In this document: piece by piece, positions 49,930-58,300 of the stretch | Position numbering within the stretch: the first letter of the stretch is position 1 | How the letters are laid out: each line of letters starts with the position of its first letter | Assembly: GCA_050253415.1 (NCBI GenBank) | Contig: JBFWJC010000006.1 | Span: 96,001 to 160,000, forward strand | Direction of reading: 5' to 3' | DNA: 64,000 nt | Source of the DNA: Pedobacter sp. | Lineage (GTDB): Bacteria > Desulfobacterota > Desulfuromonadia > Desulfuromonadales > Syntrophotaleaceae | Made by a program: the position numbers and the translations under genes | The notes under the pieces: model-generated | Database searches by the model: none | What the model was told of the DNA's origin: nothing | The model's input: only the letters and a program-made list of their open reading frames with translations

Positions 49930-52900
49930 ATGAGATGGACACCGATCTTTTTTCTTTGCCTGTTATATGTCATCTGGACAGCGCGGGTCTCCACCGCCGC
50001 CCCGGTCACGACCACCGGCCTCAGTTGGCAGACCGTTCTGGATCAAAACGACCGCACCCTGACCTATTCCTTCGACACTACCGGCGGTTATGCGGTGGAA
50101 GGTTATGCCTCGCAATCGCTCGAGGAGCTTTTTGCGACCATACCCCAGTGGCGCGACCTCATTCGCCAGGAGCTCGACGCATGGAGCGTTGCCGCCGATA
50201 TCACCTTTGTCGAGGTCCCGGACAGCGGCGATGCGTTTGGGACAGCCGGTGCCCGGGGCGCGATTCGCTTCAGCGCTCATCCGATGGCGGTTGATACCCA
50301 TGCCCATGCAGATCTTCCCTTAGCGACCGGCACCACCGAAGCGGAAGCTGGTACCAGTTACTCGGGCGACCTGCACTACAACACTGACTTCCCATGGGGC
50401 ACGACCGACTTACAGGCGGACACTCTTCATGAACTGGGGCATTCCCTCGGACTTGCTCACAATCTCGACATAGAGTCGACCATGTTTCCATGGTCGGTGG
50501 CGGGGGTGAACGTAACGACGCCCAGCGAGCACGACTTGGCGGACCTCCGGGCGATCTATTTCCCCCAGAATCTTCCCGCCCCGGTCCTGGTCTCCCCGGT
50601 GGTCGCGGCAGAGCGCGACTGGTTCGCCGTTGCCGACGGCACTGCGGAGGCGCACGGCACGGTAGCGATCACCGACAGCGGCCGTCTTTTGACCAGCGGC
50701 GAACAAAAGACCGGCATCAAGGGCATTGGCGCTTCGTTGGCGGATGAGAACTACGGCTTCGATTACGTGGACCTGCGTCTGGAAGCGGGCGGACGGATCG
50801 AAACCGCCGGCCACAATGCCTACGGCATCGGCGCCGGCGATTTCAACACCCTTCGTGTCGACGGCCTGATCACCACTGCAGGCTATTCCGCCGACGGCAT
50901 CGCCCTGCTGGGACGCGACAACAGTTTGCAGACCGGCGCCACCAGCCTGATCCGCACCAGCGGGGCAAGCGGTAACGGTATCTTCGTCGGTGGTGAACAG
51001 GACGCACTCGGATGGCCTCACGGCAACCTGGTGGTGGCCAACGGCCGCATCGAAACAAGCGGCAATGGGGCCTGCGGTATCTTTGCAGCGGGATATTCCG
51101 AGCTGACCTTGAACGGCAGCATCTCCACCACCGGCAGTTACGCCGCCGGCATCGGTAGCGATTATTACGGCCATCAGCACATCCTCATGAAATCGGGCGC
51201 CACCATCGACACCGGCGGCAGCAACGGCTACGGGATCCTGGCCCGCGGCGCCGCCAACCTGGTCACCATGGACGGCACGATTACCACAACCGGCAGCGAC
51301 GGCTACGGTATTTATGGCTACTCGGCGGAGTCCGCCACCATGGTTATCGGCGGTTCGATTATCACTTCGGGTGAGTCTGGATATGGCGTTTATACCGAGG
51401 GCAACGACAATGTCGTCACATCAAGCGGAAGCATCGTCACCGCAGGGACCATAGCGCCCGGTATGCTTGCCAGCGGCACCGGCAACTATCTCGAAAATTC
51501 CGGCAGCATCGCCACTTCGGGTCAGTCTGGATATGGCATATACGCCTCCGGCAACGACAATGTCGTCACATCGAGCGGCAGCATCGCCACTTCGGGTCAG
51601 TTTGGATATGGTCTGTACCTGTCCGCAGCGAATAATAAGGCTGTAAACGATGGCACCATCCAAACCGAGGGCTGGCTCGGCCACGGCATGGTCGCTCGGG
51701 GCGGCGGCAACATTCTGGTCCACTCCGGCACCATCGAAACCACCGGCGAGGATGCCTATGGGGTCTTCGCCCGCGAAGGCGGCAACATCCTCGATATCAG
51801 CGGCGACATCCTCTCCCGACAAGCCGCAGCGGTACGGGTCGGAAGTTTCTGGAACTCTGCCACAAACATGGTGGAACAGGCCGAGGCGACAGGGAATCTG
51901 CTCTTACTCCACGGTGCGCCGCAGATTGTCGGCGACATCATTAACGACGGCGCCGATAACGGCGCCATCGCCTACTTCGGCGTGACGGTGGACGATACAG
52001 TCCCTGGCGGCTATGCGGCAGCGGACACCGACCTGGCCTACACCGGCAGTTTCAGCGGTCGATCGTGGCTGGGCGAAGTGGTGGCCGGCCGGGTCAGCCT
52101 GAACGGAGCGCAAAACGCCTTTTCGACCCTCACCGTGTATTCCGGCGCCACCCTGGGCGGCAACACCACCCTGGCCGGCGATCTGGTCAATGCCGGCTAT
52201 GTCGCCCCCGGCAATTCCATCGGCACCATCACCGTGGCCGGCGACTATCTGCAAAGCGCCGGCGCCACCTTGCTGCTGGAAATCGGCGGCTCCTCCAGCG
52301 ACCAACTGCTGGTTGGCGGGGATGCCACCTTTCTGGATGGCTCCCTGCTGGCCGTCTCACCGATTGCCCCGATGCTGTCCGGCGATTTCTCTCTGCTCCG
52401 TGCCGACGGCACCCTCAGCGGATCGCCGCAGCTGACCCTCGCCGACAGCGCCCTGCTCGATTTCACCCTGAACAGCGGCAGCCAGAACCTGACTCTGCAG
52501 GTGGCCCGAACCGCCTACGCCGATCTGGCCGCAAGCGATAACCAACGGCAGCTTGCCGCCGCCCTCGACCGCCTGGTGGCAGGTGCCAGCGGTGATCTGG
52601 CCGACGCGCTGCTGCAGATCGACGCCCTGGAGCAGGCCGCGGCGGTGCGGCAGGCGTTGGACAGCTTGGCCCCCACCGCTTATGCCGCCCTGCCCGATGC
52701 GGTATTGGGCGCCCTGCGCGGTTTCATCCGGACGATGCCGACGGCGGAGCGTTATCCGCTGGCTGGCGAGGATGGCTGGCGAGCCCATGCGCAGCTGATC
52801 GGGGTGCAGCGCCAAACAGGCCCTGGCGACGGCGTGGCAGGCTACCAATACGACAGCCGGGGCTTTGTGGCCGGCGCCGACCGTTCTTTCGATGGTTACA

Positions 52901-53595
52901 GGCTCGGCGCCGCCCTGAGTTATCAGGATCTGAGAATCGATCACGACGACAGCCGTTCCCGCAGCGATGCCGATGTGCTGTTTGCCGCCCTGCGCGGCGG
53001 CTTGCAAAGCGATTTCTGGTACCTGCGGGGCCTGCTCGGCTACGGCCACCAGTGGCATGATACGCGCCGCGACATTCAGGTGGCGGGTCTGACCCGGCAG
53101 GCCGACAGCCACAGTCAATCCGACACATTGTTTGCCGGCCTGGAAGGCGGCCTCGATATCCCCATCGGCCGGTTTAGCCTGACCCCTTTTGCCGGCCTCG
53201 ACTATGCCGCCTGCTTCTGGGGGGGATTCGATGAAACGAACGCCGGGACTCTGAACGTGAAGATCGACGACGCGACGGCCGAGAGTCTGCGCAGCAGCCT
53301 GGGGCTGGCTTTGGCCGCTCCGATTGCTTTCGGCAGCACCTTTACGCTCGATACCCGGCTGCGGCTGGCCTGGAGTCATGAACTCGGCGATGATGCCTAC
53401 GCCTACGGGGTGCGCATGCAAGGCCAGAACTTCAGCATGCGCGGACAGGACCTGGGGCGCGATCTGTTGCTGGCCGGATTGGGGCTGCAGTCGCGATGGA
53501 GTAAAAAAGTAGCCGTTCATGTCGGTATCGACTATGAACGGAGGCGTGATGATGATGGGTTTTCCGCCCAAGGCGGATTATCCTGCGCGTTCTGA
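49930..53595 (+). CDS. Autotransporter with matrixin (M10-like) metalloprotease passenger
   Basis: HELGHSLGLAH plus STMFP Met-turn, ~25-aa GxIxTxG..YGI repeats, APGNSIG, beta-barrel ending in F. Confidence 0.88.
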   Translation: MRWTPIFFLCLLYVIWTARVSTAAPVTTTGLSWQTVLDQNDRTLTYSFDTTGGYAVEGYASQSLEELFATIPQWRDLIRQELDAWSVAADITFVEVPDSGDAFGTAGARGAIRFSAHPMAVDTHAHADLPLATGTTEAEAGTSYSGDLHYNTDFPWGTTDLQADTLHELGHSLGLAHNLDIESTMFPWSVAGVNVTTPSEHDLADLRAIYFPQNLPAPVLVSPVVAAERDWFAVADGTAEAHGTVAITDSGRLLTSGEQKTGIKGIGASLADENYGFDYVDLRLEAGGRIETAGHNAYGIGAGDFNTLRVDGLITTAGYSADGIALLGRDNSLQTGATSLIRTSGASGNGIFVGGEQDALGWPHGNLVVANGRIETSGNGACGIFAAGYSELTLNGSISTTGSYAAGIGSDYYGHQHILMKSGATIDTGGSNGYGILARGAANLVTMDGTITTTGSDGYGIYGYSAESATMVIGGSIITSGESGYGVYTEGNDNVVTSSGSIVTAGTIAPGMLASGTGNYLENSGSIATSGQSGYGIYASGNDNVVTSSGSIATSGQFGYGLYLSAANNKAVNDGTIQTEGWLGHGMVARGGGNILVHSGTIETTGEDAYGVFAREGGNILDISGDILSRQAAAVRVGSFWNSATNMVEQAEATGNLLLLHGAPQIVGDIINDGADNGAIAYFGVTVDDTVPGGYAAADTDLAYTGSFSGRSWLGEVVAGRVSLNGAQNAFSTLTVYSGATLGGNTTLAGDLVNAGYVAPGNSIGTITVAGDYLQSAGATLLLEIGGSSSDQLLVGGDATFLDGSLLAVSPIAPMLSGDFSLLRADGTLSGSPQLTLADSALLDFTLNSGSQNLTLQVARTAYADLAASDNQRQLAAALDRLVAGASGDLADALLQIDALEQAAAVRQALDSLAPTAYAALPDAVLGALRGFIRTMPTAERYPLAGEDGWRAHAQLIGVQRQTGPGDGVAGYQYDSRGFVAGADRSFDGYRLGAALSYQDLRIDHDDSRSRSDADVLFAALRGGLQSDFWYLRGLLGYGHQWHDTRRDIQVAGLTRQADSHSQSDTLFAGLEGGLDIPIGRFSLTPFAGLDYAACFWGGFDETNAGTLNVKIDDATAESLRSSLGLALAAPIAFGSTFTLDTRLRLAWSHELGDDAYAYGVRMQGQNFSMRGQDLGRDLLLAGLGLQSRWSKKVAVHVGIDYERRRDDDGFSAQGGLSCAF

Positions 53596-53755
53596 GGTTG
53601 CCATAGGACAATTCTGGTTTCTTGGGTTGCGTAAGCTGAACCGTTTAGTCAAGGGAAGATCGTCCCCTCACGTATCGAGCGCCACCGTCGGTTTTCCAGG
53701 TAAGATGTCCCCCGGACTCCCCTTCCCGCCTCCGGCCCTCGTTTTAATTCCTGCA

Positions 53756-54535
53756 TCACATAAAGATCTCCGGTACTTTCGGCGTGCTGCAGTTCTTATG
53801 CAGCATCGTTCGTGCTTTCTCGATCCAGGGATGGGTGAAGAAGCGAGCCTTGGCCTCACACGCTTTGACGCAGGCACAGCACAGGATGCAGTTTTCGGCG
53901 TTTGTGGCCAGCACATCGGACGCGTTGATAGAGCCCGGGGGACAAACCGCCGCACACTTTCCGCAGAGAGTGCACTGTTCGCTGTTAGCCTGCGGGGCCA
54001 TCACGTCAAAATGCGGGCGTTCCCTGTATGGTATGTTGCCGGCGATGTCCGGGGTGCGGAAATCCCCACCATTGATCTTCGCTGCAACCTGCTTTCCAAA
54101 CTGAACAGCCAGGTTCAGGTCCTCGGCATCGGGTCTGCCGGCCGCTATGGGCTGCGCCGGGATGGAGAAGGAATGTTCGCCGATAAAAGCCCCGGCAGCG
54201 ATAACCTTGAACCCCTTTTCGACGGATAGATCGCGCAACTCGACAAGGGCATCTTCGAACTCGCGGTTACCGTAAAGAGCGACAAGCACGGCGGGTATCT
54301 GTCTTGCGGTGATCGCCTGCAGGCGCCGCAGGCAGAGTTCCGGCACCCTCCCGGCATAGACCGGGATGCCGATAATCGCAACGCCATCGGTCAGGACGCC
54401 CTCGCACCTGACATCCGCCGTTGTCAGGTCGTAATGGACAACCTTTTCCGCACAAAAGCCTTGAGCGATGGCTTCGGCTATCTTTCTGGTAGTTCCGGTG
54501 GGTGAAAAATAGACAAGATGAGCGGTCCGTATCAT
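53756..54535 (-). CDS. EFR1-like flavodoxin-ferredoxin fusion
   Basis: YFSPTGTT, PVYAGR, YGNR, two CxxCxxCxxxC motifs. Confidence 0.88.
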   Translation of the reverse strand: MIRTAHLVYFSPTGTTRKIAEAIAQGFCAEKVVHYDLTTADVRCEGVLTDGVAIIGIPVYAGRVPELCLRRLQAITARQIPAVLVALYGNREFEDALVELRDLSVEKGFKVIAAGAFIGEHSFSIPAQPIAAGRPDAEDLNLAVQFGKQVAAKINGGDFRTPDIAGNIPYRERPHFDVMAPQANSEQCTLCGKCAAVCPPGSINASDVLATNAENCILCCACVKACEAKARFFTHPWIEKARTMLHKNCSTPKVPEIFM

Positions 54536-54676
54536 TAATAACTCCTTTTAGGGTTCATAACACGATGGATGTCTGGGGTATGACCGTAGAGCATGAAGCC
54601 CACACCAGCCACGGCGGCCCTGGTTTTGAATTTTCCGAAGGAGCCCGCAGAATATATGTTGCACGGAGAATTTCGG

Positions 54677-54943
54677 CTATTTCAACTGACTGTCCTTGCT
54701 GCCCCGTCGATTGAAAGCTGCAAAAGGTTTCTGCTGTTTTTCTCGCTCCGATTGACAACTGACACAAAGGAGAACGCCAGGAACCGCCTTACGGCGAGCC
54801 TCCGGAATGACCGAATCGCACTCTTCGCAATGGGTTAAACTCTCGCCGGCAGGCAACCGGCTTCGGGCCCGCTGTACCGCTTCTTCAACCGTAGCGTCTA
54901 TCTGATCCTGAACGGCGCCATCACGAGACCAGCCGATAGCCAT
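54677..54943 (-). CDS. DksA/TraR C4 zinc-finger protein (YbiI-like)
   Basis: MAIGWSRDGAVQDQID, CEEC..CVSC, NRRGSKDSQLK. Confidence 0.9.
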   Translation of the reverse strand: MAIGWSRDGAVQDQIDATVEEAVQRARSRLPAGESLTHCEECDSVIPEARRKAVPGVLLCVSCQSEREKQQKPFAAFNRRGSKDSQLK

Positions 54944-55123
54944 GATTTACTCCTTCGCGCAGGTGATTCCTCCTCTCCGAGTATATAACAAACGATGCAG
55001 AAAAGACGTATTCTATATTCCCGCCGCCAGAGAAGTGACCTTTCGGGAACACCGTCTTCCGGACGACTGGAAACGGCCCAACTATGACGGCAAGGAGTTT
55101 GCCATCCTCCTGTCTGGCGGTAC

Positions 55124-55356
55124 TTAGCTTGGTACGACCCCGCACACACCTTTATTTCAACGGGTTCACTTGGTCCGTCCCCCAACATGATCACCAGAGG
55201 CCCCGCTGTTCCTAAGGGGAAAAAAAAATACTACCTTATGGACAATGAAATCCGACTTAGTGAACAACTTAACAATGTCCCCTCCGGTTTCTCGTAAACA
55301 GCTGGGTTCCCGGCGACAGTGTATTAATTTCTAAAAATTGAGTATACTGTCCCCGA
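55124..55356. repeat. Cluster of REP-like ends and hairpins
   Basis: TTAGCTTGGTACGACCCC, CTTGGTCCGTCCCCC, GGACA..TGTCCCC, GACAGTGTATT..AGTATACTGTCCCC. Confidence 0.65.
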
Positions 55357-55478
55357 AACCGCCCAATGATTAGCACATTCAATTTGCAAGTGCACCACTC
55401 GGGGCTTCATCGAAGACCTCCCGGGGGTTCCGGTAGCCGAGACATTTTTCGCGCAAAACCCCATACAAAGGAAAGATA

Positions 55479-55790
55479 ATGCAGCCTCAGGAATTAGCAA
55501 AACGCATAAAGGCCAAGAATTCACCGGCAATCATAGACGTTCGGAGCGGTTTTGAATTCAAAGCCGGACACATCCCCGGAGCGATCCATGCCCCGACATG
55601 GAAAATACTCCTGCTGTTTGCACGCCTCCCTTCCGACAAAAATGCCGAACTGGTCGTGACATGCGAACATGGACCCCGTGCCCAGATGGCCAAAGGAATC
55701 TTGGGAATCCGTGGCTATCGGAATGTTAAACTTCTATCCGGTCACATGTTCGCATGGAGAAAGGCCGGGCATGTTGTGAATCGGATTTGA
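55479..55790 (+). CDS. Rhodanese-like protein
   Basis: IIDVRS..EF..GHIPGA, CEHGPRA, L.G.M.AW. Confidence 0.9.
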   Translation: MQPQELAKRIKAKNSPAIIDVRSGFEFKAGHIPGAIHAPTWKILLLFARLPSDKNAELVVTCEHGPRAQMAKGILGIRGYRNVKLLSGHMFAWRKAGHVVNRI

Positions 55791-55807
55791 ATTTCCAGGG
55801 ATTCTTG

Positions 55808-56001
55808 GGACAGTATATTTAACTTTGAAAAATTGAATATAGTCTCCCCCGAAATGAGTGTTTGTACTCCCCCCATTTTCGAACAGAAACCTTAAAAGGC
55901 CGATTTTGCCCCCGAAAATGGACGTTTAAGCCGTTTTGGGGGGCATTTTTTCGGACATTTTCATTACCTTTCAGCTGGTTAGCTTGGTCCGACCCCGCAC
56001 A
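55808..56001. repeat. REP-like hairpin plus ~100-bp element copy C
   Basis: GGGACAGTATATT..AATATAGTCTCCCC; CCGATT(55900)...TTAGCTTGGTCCGACCCC. Confidence 0.65.
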
Positions 56002-56290
56002 AGGTCTTTCCCTTGCTCACGTTGACACGCCGATAGGTACCAGCCCATGGATAAATCTCACTCAGCCAAAGCTTGTGCATGGTACAGACATCTTGGGCGG
56101 TAAACACTTGATCTGGCTCAATCTCAGCAAGCAAGCTCTCCTGAGCCGACCACAGCTTTTCCGTCTCGGCTATTTCCATCTCCTCACGCGTGGTAATCCC
56201 GAGGAAATTTTTAAGTACTTTTCCATCGGAGCCAGGCTCAAACTGGTCTTCGGGCAGTCCCGAAGTGTCATATTTATCCGTTGGAGTCAT
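55979..56290 (-). pseudogene. Fic-family 5' remnant
   Basis: VLKNFLGI, MHKLWLSEIYPWAGTYRRVNVSKG; ends before any HPFxxGNGR motif. Confidence 0.8.
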
Positions 56291-56329
56291 TCATTCAATC
56301 CACAAAAACGAAGATCTGGTTGATTCTTT

Positions 56330-56370
56330 TGATTACGAATCAGTTGCTCTACCAGCTGAGCCAGGGCAGC
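56330..56370 (-). tRNA. 5' half of tRNA-Thr(CGU), truncated (att-like remnant)
   Basis: GCTGCCC TG GCTC AGCTGGTA GAGC A ACTGA TTCGTAA TCA: acceptor strand, D arm and anticodon arm present, T arm absent. Confidence 0.8.
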
Positions 56371-56471
56371 ATTTCCATCGTCCTAACTGTCCCACAATGC
56401 TTTGCCGTTTCATCCATCAGGGGCGAGCCCGCTCAAGCTATCCTTGTTAAAGACTTATCAGCATAAAAAAT

Positions 56472-58268
56472 TTACAGCGAGAAGTAATAATCCCGCATCT
56501 TTTGGGCCATCAAAACCCTTCTCTCCAGCAAAAAGTCATCATAATCTTCCAGCGTCATGTCAAAAATCGTGTTGGGGATACAATTTCTTCCGAGGTTATG
56601 TTTCAGGGTCTCAATATCGCCGATGGCTCCGTATTTTGCGGTGCCTCCATTACATTGCGCCGTAAGTTCGTCAAAATAGGCCTGCGGTGCTTTATTGCCG
56701 ATCTTGATGTTGATCTCCGACTGCATATAGACATAGTTAGCGATCTGGTTGTATTGGCCGCGCTTGAGACCGTTTCTTTTTAAGTAATCCCTGGGGAAGA
56801 TATGATGTATATCTCCCTTGTGACTCACGAGGTCGGTCACCGTGATATCCCTGGACAGGAATCCCTTATCATTGGCTTTTATCTGGGCCGCCCAAAACAC
56901 ATTTAAATACGGGCTGCTGCTTACCGAGGTATTGAGGCTTTGCACCAGGCCGGCATCCCAAAAAGCATCGGACAGAGCAGCATCCTCGACGGCCTGCAAA
57001 AACTCCCCGAAAGGCCTGCTTTCTATCTGGCGAATGTCAAAATCCATACTCGACTCAGGCGATGCAGAATACCTCCCAGTAAGGACGGACATTGCAAACC
57101 AACGACGGACAAATTTTTCAATGTCGTGGGACGGTATGCCCTGTGAGCGCAATTTCAAATAGACCACGTAGGCAAAATTCAGCGCGTTCTGCGAACGGAT
57201 CATGCCGGAATCGATGAACCCGGCAGAGCGGATAATCATCAAAAACCGCTTGAAATGCGTCTCGTTTATGGCATCCAGGATCCCTGTTTTCAGCTTTTCA
57301 AACGCACTCTGGGCAATATCCTCTTCGAACTGTTTGGTTTCAAAATTTCTACCCGACAACAAACTGACCAGGTCGGAGAATTTTCCCCGATTGAATTGGG
57401 GGACAAAAGCAACCCGCAGCAAATCGGTGTAGTCGGGGTCGTAGAGGTTGTCGTTTTCATTTTTCAGCCAGGACATCTTCTGGAAATAGTCCGTATTGAC
57501 GAACTCCTGATCGACATCAACGATGGTGGGGTAAAACTCGGGGGCAATGGCAAGGTGGCAGAAGTAATCGATGGCTTTTCGCAGGGTCGAACCGCCGTAG
57601 GTTTCGTTACTGGCAATCTTTGACATGGCGAAATCGGCCTGACTGAGAACCACCCCTTTGGAGTTGATTCGTATAAAGACTTCCGTAACAGTTTCAATGT
57701 CCAGGTCAGAGGCCAACTCGATCAAACCGATCTGTTTTTTGGGTATCTGCATCAGGTTGGTAATCGTGACCTCTACCCGCTCCGGTTCAATATCCGGATT
57801 CTTTTCACAATAATCCTTGACGCTTTTTATCAGTCCGACCTGTCCACTGACGAGGGGTGCAATGTCGGCGACCCAGCGTTTGTCCTTTTCGATGGCGGGA
57901 TTGGTTACTTCGAATTTCTCCTCGTCCGGGTGAAAAGCGATCCGGATCTTGCGGCGGCGATAATTCTGGTCGATGATATAGTGGCCCAATATTGCGGCGG
58001 AGAGAGCCGTCACCCGCTGCTGGCCGTCAATCAGGATTTTTTTGCCCTCGGAATTTCTGCCGTCTTTGAGTTTGACATCGGGGTTGCGCCAGGCGATAAG
58101 ATAACCTATCGGATATCCCTGATACAAGGAATCCATCAGGTCGCGGACTTTCGTGGCATCCCAAACGAAGGGACGCTGAATTTCGGGGATGGCTATTTCG
58201 CCTGTATTAACAAAAGCGAGAATACTTTCGAGAAGGTGTTGATTGACAGAGTATTTTTGAGTTTTCAT
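56472..58268 (-). CDS. GmrSD-like DUF262 protein with C-terminal HNH-like motif
   Basis: [31 protein letters not shown]...N.IAN. Confidence 0.85.
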   Translation of the reverse strand: MKTQKYSVNQHLLESILAFVNTGEIAIPEIQRPFVWDATKVRDLMDSLYQGYPIGYLIAWRNPDVKLKDGRNSEGKKILIDGQQRVTALSAAILGHYIIDQNYRRRKIRIAFHPDEEKFEVTNPAIEKDKRWVADIAPLVSGQVGLIKSVKDYCEKNPDIEPERVEVTITNLMQIPKKQIGLIELASDLDIETVTEVFIRINSKGVVLSQADFAMSKIASNETYGGSTLRKAIDYFCHLAIAPEFYPTIVDVDQEFVNTDYFQKMSWLKNENDNLYDPDYTDLLRVAFVPQFNRGKFSDLVSLLSGRNFETKQFEEDIAQSAFEKLKTGILDAINETHFKRFLMIIRSAGFIDSGMIRSQNALNFAYVVYLKLRSQGIPSHDIEKFVRRWFAMSVLTGRYSASPESSMDFDIRQIESRPFGEFLQAVEDAALSDAFWDAGLVQSLNTSVSSSPYLNVFWAAQIKANDKGFLSRDITVTDLVSHKGDIHHIFPRDYLKRNGLKRGQYNQIANYVYMQSEINIKIGNKAPQAYFDELTAQCNGGTAKYGAIGDIETLKHNLGRNCIPNTIFDMTLEDYDDFLLERRVLMAQKMRDYYFSL

Positions 58269-58300
58269 AACTGCCTATCCTCCGTTAAAAATTGCTTACT

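Noticed and set aside
51300..51620. DGR template/variable repeat pair
   Set aside because: Repeats are in-frame beta-helix units, differences are not adenine-specific, and no reverse transcriptase is present.
41700..56400. Classical integron or CRISPR array
   Set aside because: No intI, no recognisable RYYYAAC..GTTRRRY attC sites, mixed gene orientations, and no regularly spaced repeat-spacer units or cas genes.
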